Below are positions 55,447 through 64,000 of a DNA stretch of 64,000 nucleotides, one piece after another. Under the pieces are notes generated by a model. The model worked only from the letters and a program-made list of their open reading frames with translations, searched no databases and was not told the DNA's origin. A program made the translations under genes and the position numbers. Source of the stretch: Candidatus Shapirobacteria bacterium (lineage in GTDB: Bacteria > Patescibacteriota > Microgenomatia > UBA12405); the NCBI GenBank assembly GCA_028704885.1, contig JAQWEN010000001.1:286679-350678 (forward strand), read 5' to 3'. Each line of letters opens with the position of its first letter. Positions within the stretch are counted from its first letter, which is position 1.

Positions 55447-58400
55447 CTAATTCTTGTTTGACAAGAGGATATTATCTATTTGTTCTTGAAGCTTTTCATT
55501 GTAATTTACGCCATAATTGAGTGGAATGTTCTTTCCATTGGGAAGAATTATCAAACCTCGATGACCATTAGGATTATTTTTAAGTAAACTATTTAACTCC
55601 ATTAGTTGATTTTGGCTGGCAGATTTAGGAACAGTAATGACAAAATCATATTTAGAAGACGTTTTAGGTGGATCTAAACTAATGGAATCAATTAAAATTG
55701 AAAAATTACCTTCTCTAATATTGGTTTTTCCTTCGATATAATAGGCCTTATTTTCAGCCAAAATACTTTCGACGATGTCAAAAATTTTTGGAAAAACAAC
55801 AGCTTCTATTTTTCCAGTTTCATCTTCCAGAGTTAAAAAGGCCATTTTGGCATTATTTTTTTTAGTCCGAATTATTTTTAATTTAGTTAAAGATGTAGCT
55901 ATTTTTATTGAAACATCGGCACTTTTTTGAATAATTTCGGAAATTTTTGGAAGCCCCAAAGTTTGAAAAGGAAGAAGAAGTTTACTAATTGGATTTTCGG
56001 TGACGTAAATTCCGAGAAGTTCTTTTTCCATCATTAATTTTTCATTTTCAGTCATGGGGGGGACATTTTCAAAAACATCTGGAGGAGCAATTATTTTAGT
56101 GTTATCTTCAGTTGGGGCATCGAAAAGACTAAATTGTCCATTACTTTTTTTAGCATTTAATCGGTCACAGTCAGATCGGATTTTTTCGATTGAAGCTAAA
56201 ATGGCATTTCTTTCACCAAATTGATCAAAAACACCAACTTTAATTAAACTTTCAATAACTCTTTTGTTAATTTTTTGATTATCAACCCTAAGACAAAAAT
56301 CACTGACACTAAGGAATGAACCATTGTCATTTCTTTCGTTAACAATGTTTTCAATAGCGGCTTCGCCAACATTTTTAATTCCACTAAAACCAAAGCGGAT
56401 AGCTAGTCCACCAAATGACTCAGAGTTGTTCTCCATTTCAAAACCACTACTGGATTTATTAATGTCAGGAGGATTAATGATTATGCCCATGTGACGGCAT
56501 TCGGTGACACCGTCGGTAATTTTGTCAGCATCATCAGATTCGGCAGTCAAAAGGGCACACATATATTCGGCGGGAAAATTGGCTTTCATGTAGGCAGTTC
56601 GATAAGAAAGCATGCCATAGGAGGCAGCATGAGCCTTATTGAAACCGTAAGAAGTGAATGGTTGAATATAACTGAAAATTTCTTCGGCTTTTTCTTTGGT
56701 ATAACCATTGGTAATACAACCATTAATAAATTTTTCTTTCTGGATAGCCATTTCTTCGGGAATTTTTTTACCGATAGCTTTTCTAAATTTATCAACTTCA
56801 GTCCAATTGTAACCAGCAAGTTCGATGGCGGTATATAAACAGTCATCTTGATAAACCAAGAGACCATAGGAGTTTTTTAAAAATTTCTCCATTTTTGGAT
56901 CAAAATAAGAGATTTTAGCAGTGCCATTTTTACGAGCAATATATTCTGGAATAATGGCCATTGGGCCAGGGCGATAAAGAGCCACCATGGCCATTAAATC
57001 TTCGACACGATTTGGTTTCAGTTCTTTGATCCATTTGGTCATTCCCTCGCCAGATAATTGAAAAACACCCATAGTATCACCGCGAGAAAGCATATCGAAA
57101 GTTTTTTTATCATCGAGAGGAATTTTTCTTAAATTAACTTCATTTTTTTTAGTTTTTCGGACATTAACCACAGCTTGACCTAAAAAGGAAAGATTTCTAA
57201 TTCCAAGAATATCGAATTTAATCAAACCAACATCTTCGGCGGCATGCATTTCATATTGAGTAATAATTTTGTCACCACCGGTTTCAGTTTGAGTGGGAGA
57301 AAATTCATTAATGGTTGAGGGTGAAACAACGACAGCACAAGCATGAACACCAATTTGGCGGGCACATCCTTCAATTTGTTTAGCCATTTCAATAATTTTT
57401 TTAGTATCGGGATCGGTTTCGTAAAGATTTTTTAATTCAGGAGTAGTATCGATGGCTTTTTCAAGAGACATGGGAAAACCTTGTGATCCCATGGGAATTA
57501 ATTTGCTGATTTTGTCGGCAAAAGCATATTCATAACCTAAAACCCGGGCAGTATCACGAACAGCGTTTTTAGCCATCATTCGCCCAAAAGTACATATTTG
57601 AGCGACGGCATCTTTGCCATATTGATCAATAATATGATAAAGCATTCCTTGTCGTTTATCGTCAGCGATATCCAAATCAATATCTGGAGGAGAGGGGCGA
57701 TCTTTGTTTAAAAACCTTTCAAAAGGGAGAGTATAGATTAAAGGGTCGACAGAAGTAATACCTAAAACAAAGGCAACTAAACAACCGCCAGCAGAACCTC
57801 TGGTGTTGGTAGCAGTATCATTTTCTTCGGCCCATTGAATAAAATCTTTTTCAATTAAAAAATAAGCAGCATAGCCCTTATTACAAATAACATCCAATTC
57901 ATAATCGAGACGATCAATAATATTTTGATTTAATTTATTGCCGTAATATTCATGAGCACATTTATCGACTAAATCTTTTAAAGCTTCTTCAGCTGTTTTA
58001 TTTTCTGGTAATTTAAATTTAGGAAAATACCAATTACCCAATTCGATTTCAACATTACATTTTTCGGCTATTTTTACAGTATTTTCTAAAGCATCTGGAA
58101 CATCGGCAAATTGTTGGGCCATTTCTTCAGGTGATTTAATATAAAAATCTGGGGTAGCCATCATACTCATGCGTTTAGTGTCATTGACAGTAGTTTGCGT
58201 ATTAATCATCACTAGGACATCTTGAGCAAAAGCATCTCCTTTTTTAAGATAATGGGCATCATTGGTGGCAATTAGAGGAATGCCTAACTCTCGGCTAATT
58301 TTAATTATGCCTTCATTGGCAATATCTTGTTCTTTTAATCCTTGATGGCGTTGAATTTCGAGATAATAATCTTCACCAAAAAGATCTTGAAAATCTTTGG

Positions 58401-58872
58401 CTCTAGACTTGGCTTTTTCATAATTATTATCAATAATAAATTGTCCAATTTCTCCTTCAATACAGGCACTAGTACAAATTAATCCTTCGTGATATCTTTG
58501 TAAGATTTCCCAATCTATGCGTGGTTTATAATAGTAACCTTCGATATGGGCGATGCTGACTAATTTCATTAGGTTTTTATAACCTTTGTTATTTTTAGCT
58601 AATAAAATTAAATGATTATTTTTGCGGTTAGCAGTTGATTTTTCAAGTCGACTGTTGGGAGAGATATATACTTCACAACCAATAATGGGTTTAACTTCAT
58701 TTTTTTGACAAGCTTTATAAAACTCAATGGCACCATACATATTGCCATGATCAGTGATAGCAATGGAATTCATTCCCATTTCTTTAATAAAGGGAATTAG
58801 TTTTTTGATTTTGGTTAGGCCGTCAAGAAGAGAATATTCAGTGTGAACGTGTAGGTGAACAAAATTAGCCAT
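55447..58872 (-). CDS. dnaE: DNA polymerase III alpha subunit (DnaE-type)
   Basis: N-terminal PHP (FVHLHVHTEYSLLDG), polymerase core and C-terminal OB fold. 1141 aa. Confidence 0.9.
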   Translation of the reverse strand: MANFVHLHVHTEYSLLDGLTKIKKLIPFIKEMGMNSIAITDHGNMYGAIEFYKACQKNEVKPIIGCEVYISPNSRLEKSTANRKNNHLILLAKNNKGYKNLMKLVSIAHIEGYYYKPRIDWEILQRYHEGLICTSACIEGEIGQFIIDNNYEKAKSRAKDFQDLFGEDYYLEIQRHQGLKEQDIANEGIIKISRELGIPLIATNDAHYLKKGDAFAQDVLVMINTQTTVNDTKRMSMMATPDFYIKSPEEMAQQFADVPDALENTVKIAEKCNVEIELGNWYFPKFKLPENKTAEEALKDLVDKCAHEYYGNKLNQNIIDRLDYELDVICNKGYAAYFLIEKDFIQWAEENDTATNTRGSAGGCLVAFVLGITSVDPLIYTLPFERFLNKDRPSPPDIDLDIADDKRQGMLYHIIDQYGKDAVAQICTFGRMMAKNAVRDTARVLGYEYAFADKISKLIPMGSQGFPMSLEKAIDTTPELKNLYETDPDTKKIIEMAKQIEGCARQIGVHACAVVVSPSTINEFSPTQTETGGDKIITQYEMHAAEDVGLIKFDILGIRNLSFLGQAVVNVRKTKKNEVNLRKIPLDDKKTFDMLSRGDTMGVFQLSGEGMTKWIKELKPNRVEDLMAMVALYRPGPMAIIPEYIARKNGTAKISYFDPKMEKFLKNSYGLLVYQDDCLYTAIELAGYNWTEVDKFRKAIGKKIPEEMAIQKEKFINGCITNGYTKEKAEEIFSYIQPFTSYGFNKAHAASYGMLSYRTAYMKANFPAEYMCALLTAESDDADKITDGVTECRHMGIIINPPDINKSSSGFEMENNSESFGGLAIRFGFSGIKNVGEAAIENIVNERNDNGSFLSVSDFCLRVDNQKINKRVIESLIKVGVFDQFGERNAILASIEKIRSDCDRLNAKKSNGQFSLFDAPTEDNTKIIAPPDVFENVPPMTENEKLMMEKELLGIYVTENPISKLLLPFQTLGLPKISEIIQKSADVSIKIATSLTKLKIIRTKKNNAKMAFLTLEDETGKIEAVVFPKIFDIVESILAENKAYYIEGKTNIREGNFSILIDSISLDPPKTSSKYDFVITVPKSASQNQLMELNSLLKNNPNGHRGLIILPNGKNIPLNYGVNYNEKLQEQIDNILLSNKN

Positions 58873-58908
58873 GATCTATATTGTAAAAGATTTCGAGGCA
58901 AAATGAAA

Positions 58909-60714
58909 CTAAATTTCGCTAGATAAAATTTTGGCGACAGATTCAGGAATAGGAACTTCTTTTTGATTTTTATCGATGTATTTAAGACAATTGTCTTGAT
59001 AAAGGCTTTCAACAAAAGAGATCAATGGTCGATTTTGTTTACTTTCCGGTTTTTTAATTTCGGATTTATATCTTTTTAGATAATCAAAAAACAATTTTTG
59101 GGCAAATAAAGCTTTACTTTTTGGTGAAATATCATCAGAGGCAAATTTATGAATACCGCGATCAACAAAACTGGACATACCTAGGGACAAAATTTTTTTA
59201 GAATTGCCTAAGCAAGCATTATAAAGATCGTTATTGGTTTTGTCTTTTTTACCAATTGATTCGAGATCATTAAAAATAATATCGAAAAATTTTTCGATAG
59301 CATTATTGCTGATTATTTGGTTTAATAATTCTTCGCGATTACAGCGAGGATTAATAATAGTGTAGGAATCGTATTCTTTGTAAATTTTAGACAAGGATTT
59401 ATTAAATTGTTTGTCATTTTTTTTACCATCTAATCCAAAGAGACCTTCTTGTTGATAAAAATTACCTCGAGTATCCATGCCTATGATGTACATCAAAAGA
59501 GCATCGTATAGGTTAGGCAGGGTGGCATCATCAAAATAAAGATGGGCAAAATCGAAAGATAATTGATTTTCTGGTTTAAAAATTTCGCAATATTGACTAC
59601 TTTTATTTTGTTGATGTTCAATAAAATAACTTCTGAGTTTGTCAAAAAAGTGAACGGTAGCTTCTAATTTTTCAACACCTATAGTTTTTATAACGGCTTC
59701 TTGATTCTTTTTTTTTGATTCATCTCGGACACGAGTGATAGTAGATACGTATTTAAGACTATTAATGGCATCGTACCATTGATGATATTGTTCTGATGGT
59801 AAAATTTGAGGGTTAATATGTGGATTTTCTTTCAAAATTTTTTGTTCATTGATATACTTTTGATCTTTGTCAATCAATTCAATGATGGGAGAAATAGAAA
59901 CAAAATTAAAGGTTTGGCGAATTAAATTAATGGCGGCTTTTTCTTGTTCTGGTGAATATTTATCAAAATCGATTTTGAATAAAAATTCATCTCCACCAGC
60001 CTGTTTTCGAGAGGGAGTAATTAAAAGTTTTTCGTTTTTGAATTTTTTTAGAAGATCTTTGGCTTTTGGATTTTTGACAAAGAAATTATTTAAAGTATCA
60101 GATTCAAGTATATTTTCAGTGTCAGGTGAGTAAACGGTATTTTTTTGATCAATAGATAAGTATTGGGAGATGGCAAGATTAATTTCGGAAAGGTTTTTGA
60201 TTCTGTTATCAGTTTCACTAATACCAAGCAAGACATTGCTTTCTTTAAGTTTTTTTAAATCTACAACTAAGAAAACAATATTGTTTATTTGGGAACCTTC
60301 TTTTTTGTTAATTAAATCGGAAAGTTGAAGTGCAGTCTCTTCTTTGATGTAATTTAGTAAAACCAATCCTGTTTGTTTATCATAATTACTGTCTTGGCAT
60401 TCTTTAATATTTTCATAGAAAGATAATCTGTCTTGATCGATTTTCTTTTGTTTTTCAAGGTATTCAGAATAAGGTGTGTTTTCTTTTTGGAGATCTAAAA
60501 ATTTTTGCTGTTCCTGAATAATATCGTATGTTTTTTGAAAATAATCTTGTTTTTTTCTGGGTAAACCTTGCCATACTCGAGAAGGTTTGACTATAATTTC
60601 ATTTGGATTTTCTTTTGATCCTCGGATTTTTATTTCTTCACCAAAGTTGTGTAAAATCTCGGCAAAAGTTGAAGACACGTCAATATTTGGTGGTTTATTT
60701 TTTTCTAAGGACAT
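58909..60714 (-). CDS. orphan 601-aa protein with divergent GGDEF (diguanylate-cyclase-like palm) signature
   Basis: DKQTGL (DxLTGL-like) at aa 112-117, VVDLKKLKESN (metal-site-like) at about 150, GISETD at about 164-169, exact GGDEF in RKQAGGDEFLF at 240-244, then about 350 aa with no recognisable domain. Confidence 0.45.
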   Translation of the reverse strand: MSLEKNKPPNIDVSSTFAEILHNFGEEIKIRGSKENPNEIIVKPSRVWQGLPRKKQDYFQKTYDIIQEQQKFLDLQKENTPYSEYLEKQKKIDQDRLSFYENIKECQDSNYDKQTGLVLLNYIKEETALQLSDLINKKEGSQINNIVFLVVDLKKLKESNVLLGISETDNRIKNLSEINLAISQYLSIDQKNTVYSPDTENILESDTLNNFFVKNPKAKDLLKKFKNEKLLITPSRKQAGGDEFLFKIDFDKYSPEQEKAAINLIRQTFNFVSISPIIELIDKDQKYINEQKILKENPHINPQILPSEQYHQWYDAINSLKYVSTITRVRDESKKKNQEAVIKTIGVEKLEATVHFFDKLRSYFIEHQQNKSSQYCEIFKPENQLSFDFAHLYFDDATLPNLYDALLMYIIGMDTRGNFYQQEGLFGLDGKKNDKQFNKSLSKIYKEYDSYTIINPRCNREELLNQIISNNAIEKFFDIIFNDLESIGKKDKTNNDLYNACLGNSKKILSLGMSSFVDRGIHKFASDDISPKSKALFAQKLFFDYLKRYKSEIKKPESKQNRPLISFVESLYQDNCLKYIDKNQKEVPIPESVAKILSSEI

Positions 60715-60930
60715 TAAGGAATAAATTAATTAGCTGCTTTTTCGATAGAAGAAGTAACTTGTTTATTAGGATTCTGATCTGCTTGGGTTCTGCGTATTCC
60801 TTCCATGAAGGCTTCACGAGCTAAACTGGCTAAAAAATTAACTTCAATATTAGTAACAGTTAATCTTTCGGTTGTTATTGATTTTGGCATATGTTGGGTA
60901 TTGTAACATACTGTTTTCAGTAAATCTAAT

Positions 60931-61818
60931 TTATAGCATCTTTTTTAACATATTTATTCTGTCTTCAATGGGCGGATGAGTTGAAAAAAGACTGGCAATT
61001 TTATTACCCTTAAAAGGATTACTGATGTAAAGAGAGGCAGTGGCAGTGGAAGCAGTTTCAAATTTATTGGTATCACTGGAAATTTTTTGAAGAGCATCAA
61101 TTAAACCTTGAGGTTGGCGAGTTAATTTAACTCCGGAAGCGTCGGCTAAAAATTCACGACGACGAGAAATAGCCAATTGAATTAATTGAGCGATAATGGG
61201 GGCAAAAATTATCAAAATTAGACCAATAATGGCAAAAATACCACCATTATCGTCGTCATTATCACGGTTACGACCGCCAAAAAAAGAAGCGCGAGTGGCA
61301 GTATTAATGAGAATAGAAAGGGTGCCGATTAAGATACTGACGATCATCATTAATCTGATGTCGTAATTTTTAATATGAGAAAGTTCATGGGCAACAACAG
61401 CTTCAAGTTCAGTGCGATTTAGTTTTTCAAGTAAACCAGTGGTAGCACAAATTAGGGCATGTTCTGGATCACGTCCGGTGGCAAAAGCGTTCATGGCCGG
61501 ACTGTCGATGACATAAATTTTGGGAACAGGAGTGTCATTGGCCAGACTTAAATTTTCAGTGACGGTATAAAAATCAAAAAATTCTTTGCGAGTGACGGGT
61601 TTGGCATTGTTTAGGCCAACAACTATTTTGTCACCCCAAAAATAACTGACTCCGGACATAAAAAAGGAAATGATTAGGGCAAAAATAATATATTCATTAC
61701 CGTAGCCAAAAGCACGAGAAATAAAATAAACAGCCAGAGAAATAAAGGCGATGAATAGGCTAATAATTAGACCAGATTTAAACTTGTTTTGATTTACCTG
61801 CTCATAAACGTTAATCAT
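60931..61818 (-). CDS. htpX: M48-family zinc metalloprotease HtpX-like
   Basis: HExxH motif VVAHELSHIKNYD. N-terminal TM segments. Confidence 0.7.
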   Translation of the reverse strand: MINVYEQVNQNKFKSGLIISLFIAFISLAVYFISRAFGYGNEYIIFALIISFFMSGVSYFWGDKIVVGLNNAKPVTRKEFFDFYTVTENLSLANDTPVPKIYVIDSPAMNAFATGRDPEHALICATTGLLEKLNRTELEAVVAHELSHIKNYDIRLMMIVSILIGTLSILINTATRASFFGGRNRDNDDDNGGIFAIIGLILIIFAPIIAQLIQLAISRRREFLADASGVKLTRQPQGLIDALQKISSDTNKFETASTATASLYISNPFKGNKIASLFSTHPPIEDRINMLKKML

Positions 61819-61820
61819 AA

Positions 61821-62399
61821 TTAGAGTTGAACTTTGGGATTTTTGGTTTCTTCTTCTGACACTTTCAATTGGTCAGTATTGGTTGGAGTAATTAAACCTG
61901 CTTCTGGTTTAAAACCAAAAATTGGGGCAATCCAAAGACCGGGAATGGTGGAAATAGTTGTATTATAATCGGCGGTAAGATCGATTAAAGTTCTTCGAGA
62001 ATACATTAATTTATCAGCTGTATCACGAAGTTCATCCATTAAATTAGAGACTAAAGCAGAAGCTTTAATTTCCGGATTACTTTCCATGACAACTTTAATT
62101 GAGCCAAGAACTTTATTAATTAAATCTTGGGATTTGTCTAAAGCTTTTTGATCATTGGTTTTAACAGCTTGATCAATTGACTTTCGAGCTTCGGTTAATT
62201 GGTCAAAAATCCCCTTTTCGTGAGTCATATAACCTTTAACAGAATCAACAAGATTGGGAATTAAATTGGCTTGACGTTTTAATTGATTACCAATTTCTTG
62301 AATGGAGGCTTTAATTCTAACCTGGGCGGTTTTTAATTTATTAAAGAAGAGAGCAATATATAAAAAGATTACGGCTAAAACAACTAAAAAGTATGGCAT
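61821..62399 (-). CDS. lemA: LemA family protein
   Basis: N-terminal TM segment and LemA-like core (IPNLVDSVKGYMTHEKGIFDQLTEAR). Adjacent to htpX, a commonly conserved pairing. Confidence 0.6.
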   Translation of the reverse strand: MPYFLVVLAVIFLYIALFFNKLKTAQVRIKASIQEIGNQLKRQANLIPNLVDSVKGYMTHEKGIFDQLTEARKSIDQAVKTNDQKALDKSQDLINKVLGSIKVVMESNPEIKASALVSNLMDELRDTADKLMYSRRTLIDLTADYNTTISTIPGLWIAPIFGFKPEAGLITPTNTDQLKVSEEETKNPKVQL

Positions 62400-62406
62400 A
62401 GGTTAA

Positions 62407-63444
62407 TTAACTTTTAATAGTTTTATTATAGCATTTTTGAGCAATTTCAATTTCATCTTCACCGACTCTTTTCTGAGGTTCAATGTAGCAAAGTTTAAGA
62501 AAATTATAGAGTTTTTCTTCATCTTCAAAAGTGTGTATTTTACCTGTTTTTAGGTCTTTTATTCCGTGTTCTGAAACAGAATAATTTAAATTAAGCGCAT
62601 GTTTACGTAAATTAATGTTGTGGTTTTTTGAACCAGTCGAATGTTGGATCAAAGAAGCAAAATTTTTAGCCGGCTGAACCATTAAGTCGACCCGAATGTT
62701 ATTAACAATTAAAATAGAGGCTTTTTGAGTACCTTTATTAATAATCTGAATTTTTTCGGGATAATTTATAAAATGATTTAAAATTTCTTCATTATTAGTA
62801 CTTTTGGCGGCAAGATCGATATCACCGACAGTATCGGAAAGACGACGAAGACTGCCGAGAGGAATAAATTCAGTTTTGGGGAATTTTAGGTGTAAATAAT
62901 CAATAATTTTATTAGAAATATTTTGGGCCTCTTTTAGAGACATACGTCTTTGAAGTCCTAAGAAATTTAGAGTATTAGTTAAAATTAATTGTTCTGATTT
63001 TTGGCCAAATCTGGGAATATTTTTAATTTTGCCATTTTTAGCATATTCAATCAATTCACTTAGGGCTTTTTCTGGATCATTAGAGAATTTTAATTTTTTG
63101 GTAAGTTTATGAGCGATTTTGGCACCAATGCCGTTTATTTTAGTAAAAGTAAAAACCGCAGGATGAATGTTTTTAAAAGCTTTAATAATGTGGGGATGGT
63201 ATTTATTGTACTTAAATAAATAATTAATTTTTTCCATTATATTTGGTCCAATATTGGGGATATTATCCAATTCACAAGGATCTTTTTTCCAAATTTCTTG
63301 AAGAGATTTGGGATAAGAAATGACGGTTTCAGCGGCGTTTTGGTAGGATAGGATTCGAAAAATATTTTTTTTCTTAATTTCGTAGGCAGTGGCAATGTTC
63401 TGCAAAAATTCAGCAATTTCAGCATTACTGTAAATTTTGTTCAT
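62407..63444 (-). CDS. family X (Pol beta-like) nucleotidyltransferase / DNA polymerase without PHP domain
   Basis: HhH motifs (NIPNIGPNIMEKI, KINGIGAKIAHKL) and Pol-beta palm GSLRRLSDTVGDIDL (GS-x9-DxD). Confidence 0.55.
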   Translation of the reverse strand: MNKIYSNAEIAEFLQNIATAYEIKKKNIFRILSYQNAAETVISYPKSLQEIWKKDPCELDNIPNIGPNIMEKINYLFKYNKYHPHIIKAFKNIHPAVFTFTKINGIGAKIAHKLTKKLKFSNDPEKALSELIEYAKNGKIKNIPRFGQKSEQLILTNTLNFLGLQRRMSLKEAQNISNKIIDYLHLKFPKTEFIPLGSLRRLSDTVGDIDLAAKSTNNEEILNHFINYPEKIQIINKGTQKASILIVNNIRVDLMVQPAKNFASLIQHSTGSKNHNINLRKHALNLNYSVSEHGIKDLKTGKIHTFEDEEKLYNFLKLCYIEPQKRVGEDEIEIAQKCYNKTIKS

Positions 63445-63521
63445 AAGATATTTTAGATCAAAAATTGATTTGTTGTTTGTTGTGGTAAGTTTTGGTATAG
63501 TATCAAGGTAATTAGACCCAA

Positions 63522-63595
63522 GGGCTCGTGGTGCAGCGGTCTAGCACATCCGCCTGTCACGCGGAAGATCGTGGGTTCGAATCCCATCGGGCCCG
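63522..63595 (+). tRNA. tRNA-Asp (anticodon GTC)
   Basis: Acceptor GGGCTCG/CGGGCCC, anticodon stem-loop TCCGC-CTGTCAC-GCGGA, discriminator G. Confidence 0.8.
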
Positions 63596-63603
63596 CTTAA
63601 CGC

Positions 63604-63629
63604 AAATCCCCTACTTTAGGGGATTTTTT
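63604..63629 (+). terminator. rho-independent terminator after tRNA-Asp
   Basis: ATCCCCT-acttt-AGGGGAT followed by TTTTTT. Confidence 0.75.
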
Positions 63630-63647
63630 GATGATTACGACTATTAT

Positions 63648-64000
63648 TTATAGTAATTCAAATTCTTTAAATAATTCTTTGGTGTGTTTTAATTGATTTG
63701 GAAAAACAAGATATTTGAAAGATTCTTTAATGTTGACCCAAATAGCTTTTTTTAGTTCATCTTGTTGAATATTAATACTTGAGGAATCTCCTAAATATTT
63801 AACTAAAAATTGGGATCGTTGTTGTCCTCGCCAAGTTTTACCTTTTTCTAATAATTTTCTTTCAACAACCTCGTTGGGCCATTCATATTTATCGATACGG
63901 GAACTTTTTTTGATTATTATAAATTTGTTTGTCCCTAATTCCTCATAAAGTTCTCTTAAAATTGTTTGCTCATCAGTTTCATTTTCTTCAACTCCACCTC
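63648..64000 (-). CDS. Nudix hydrolase (5'-partial; N-terminus beyond the window end)
   Basis: Nudix box GGVEENETDEQTILRELYEELG on the minus strand. Stop codon at 63648-63650. Confidence 0.75.
   Translation of the reverse strand, partial: GGVEENETDEQTILRELYEELGTNKFIIIKKSSRIDKYEWPNEVVERKLLEKGKTWRGQQRSQFLVKYLGDSSSINIQQDELKKAIWVNIKESFKYLVFPNQLKHTKELFKEFELL

Noticed and set aside
1-64000. CRISPR arrays, rRNA genes, IS elements
   Set aside because: No regularly spaced direct repeats, no rRNA-like conserved stretches and no transposase-like ORFs were found on reading both strands.

Overview
The window is a low-GC, gene-dense, mostly housekeeping region. Many proteins are shortened versions of their usual bacterial forms: trigger factor without the PPIase domain, a short PheT, ThrRS without the N-terminal TGS domain, and minimal HolA/HolB-like proteins. 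Together with a type IV pilus locus that has no secretin gene, this suggests a reduced-genome monoderm bacterium, possibly Candidate Phyla Radiation/Patescibacteria; that placement is inference only.

Main content, in order:
- ligA (5'-truncated by the window edge), a Fic-alpha/beta-hydrolase operon, and a beta-CASP/MBL hydrolase.
- A compact, complete type IV pilus locus (6.1-18.4 kb): pilB-pilT-pilC, a major pilin with its own promoter and terminator, pilD, nine further pilin-like genes, and pilM-pilN-pilO.
- A ribosomal/RNA-processing operon (rpmF-nusB-rnc-rpsP-KH), then recG, a class A PBP, pheST, thrS-infC-rpmI-rplT, trigger factor and EF-P.
- Two tRNA arrays, 4 genes at 33.8-34.2 kb and 9 genes at 40.9-41.8 kb, plus 4 singleton tRNAs (17 in total). 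Between the arrays lie a DRG/Rbg1-type GTPase, a MiaB-like methylthiotransferase, an epimerase, Tgt and an NlpC/P60 peptidase.
- lexA, rsmI, PEP synthase, ung, butyrate kinase, lgt, rplS, dnaE, a 601-aa orphan protein with a divergent GGDEF palm signature, htpX-lemA, a PolX-like protein, and a 5'-truncated Nudix gene at the right edge.

No rRNA, CRISPR array, transposase or integrase was recognised.

Most worth a second look:
- The GGDEF-like orphan beside dnaE.
- A eukaryote/archaea-type DRG GTPase in a bacterial context.
- A pilin with an extremely Cys-rich tail.
- A 12-bp-arm palindromic element present in two copies about 25 kb apart.
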